Below are positions 63,301-64,000 of a stretch of 64,000 bases of DNA, in pieces (the first letter of the stretch is position 1; every line of letters starts with the position of its first letter). A model generated the notes under the pieces. It was not told the origin of the DNA and searched no databases. It saw nothing but the letters and a program-made list of their open reading frames with translations. The DNA is from Camelus dromedarius. Its lineage: Eukaryota. The translations under genes were made by a program, and so were the position numbers. Location: assembly GCF_036321535.1 (NCBI RefSeq), contig NC_087436.1, positions 90,026,001 through 90,090,000 of the forward strand. The letters run 5' to 3'.

Positions 63301-64000
63301 CTTTAATATTGGATAATTAACCATAATTCTTTTTATAATGGCAATTATAAGAAACTTAAAGTAATATATAACACTTACTGAGCATGCCAGAAACTCCTCT
63401 AAGCATTTACATGCATGATTTAATTTATGCTTGTAGATACAATTTCAGTAATTTGCACAAGGACAGCATTAGGAAGTGAAGGACCCAGGACTCAAACTCA
63501 GATCTTTTTTAGTGCCAGAGTTCAAGTTTGTAATCCTTCCTTAAGTTGCCTGTTCTAATAAGACTCAGAAAGGTAAACATCTGTTTCTCCAGTATTGACA
63601 AAAAAGACACTTCATTGCTGATTCCAGTAAATGTTTTCAAAGAAAATTTGTTCCAAAATGTCTTTAAACATGAAAACTGTATAAAGCAGTTATGCATGGG
63701 TGCAAGCTTGTAAGCCTACCATGGTGTGTATATAATGAAGCTTGGAGTTTTCCATGTTCTAACTTTGTAAGTTCTAGGAATCAATGTTTTTTCTACCTTT
63801 TCCCATTTCTCATTAGTTTATTTATAAAACTTTGCCATATTTTAAAATTATATTTTACTTTTTATGTTATACTCCAAGGACTTGTAATTTGCTTTCAGAG
63901 TCCCACAATATACTAAGAAAGATCACATTGTTGGTGGTAGGCATTTGAGAACATACATTGTAGAATTAGCCTGTGACTCCCTCAACATCACATGATTTTA

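Noticed and set aside
62732..64000. Gamma-2L-like 24-nt microexon (LLRMFSFK) in intron 8
   Set aside because: No matching sequence with splice sites was seen in the available part of the intron.

Overview
This is AT-rich mammalian genomic DNA, not prokaryotic. It holds the promoter and coding exons 1-8 of GABRG1 (GABA-A receptor gamma-1 subunit) on the + strand. The spliced CDS is 11618-11721, 26888-27036, 42088-42155, 53664-53884, 54713-54795, 57869-58006, 58133-58285 and 62520-62731: 1128 nt / 376 codons, all GT-AG introns, frame intact. The last exon (M4) lies beyond the window. The rest is intron and upstream DNA filled with decayed L1, L2, MIR, MaLR/ERVL LTR and hAT elements plus microsatellites. 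The L1 3' tails, and the lack of any Alu/B1/Bov/PRE/SINEC SINE I could recognise, suggest a cetartiodactyl, probably a camelid. I found no convincing new biological system. The best leads are: an unexplained ~230-250 bp diverged direct repeat shared by introns 3 and 8; a near-perfect RFX X-box ~1 kb upstream of the ATG; a fossil LTR-retroelement pol at the window start; a twin-primed inverted L1; and a short intron 6 carrying an in-frame stop plus AATAAA that could yield a TM-less isoform. Repeat family names and boundaries come from recall and eye alignment and are approximate.
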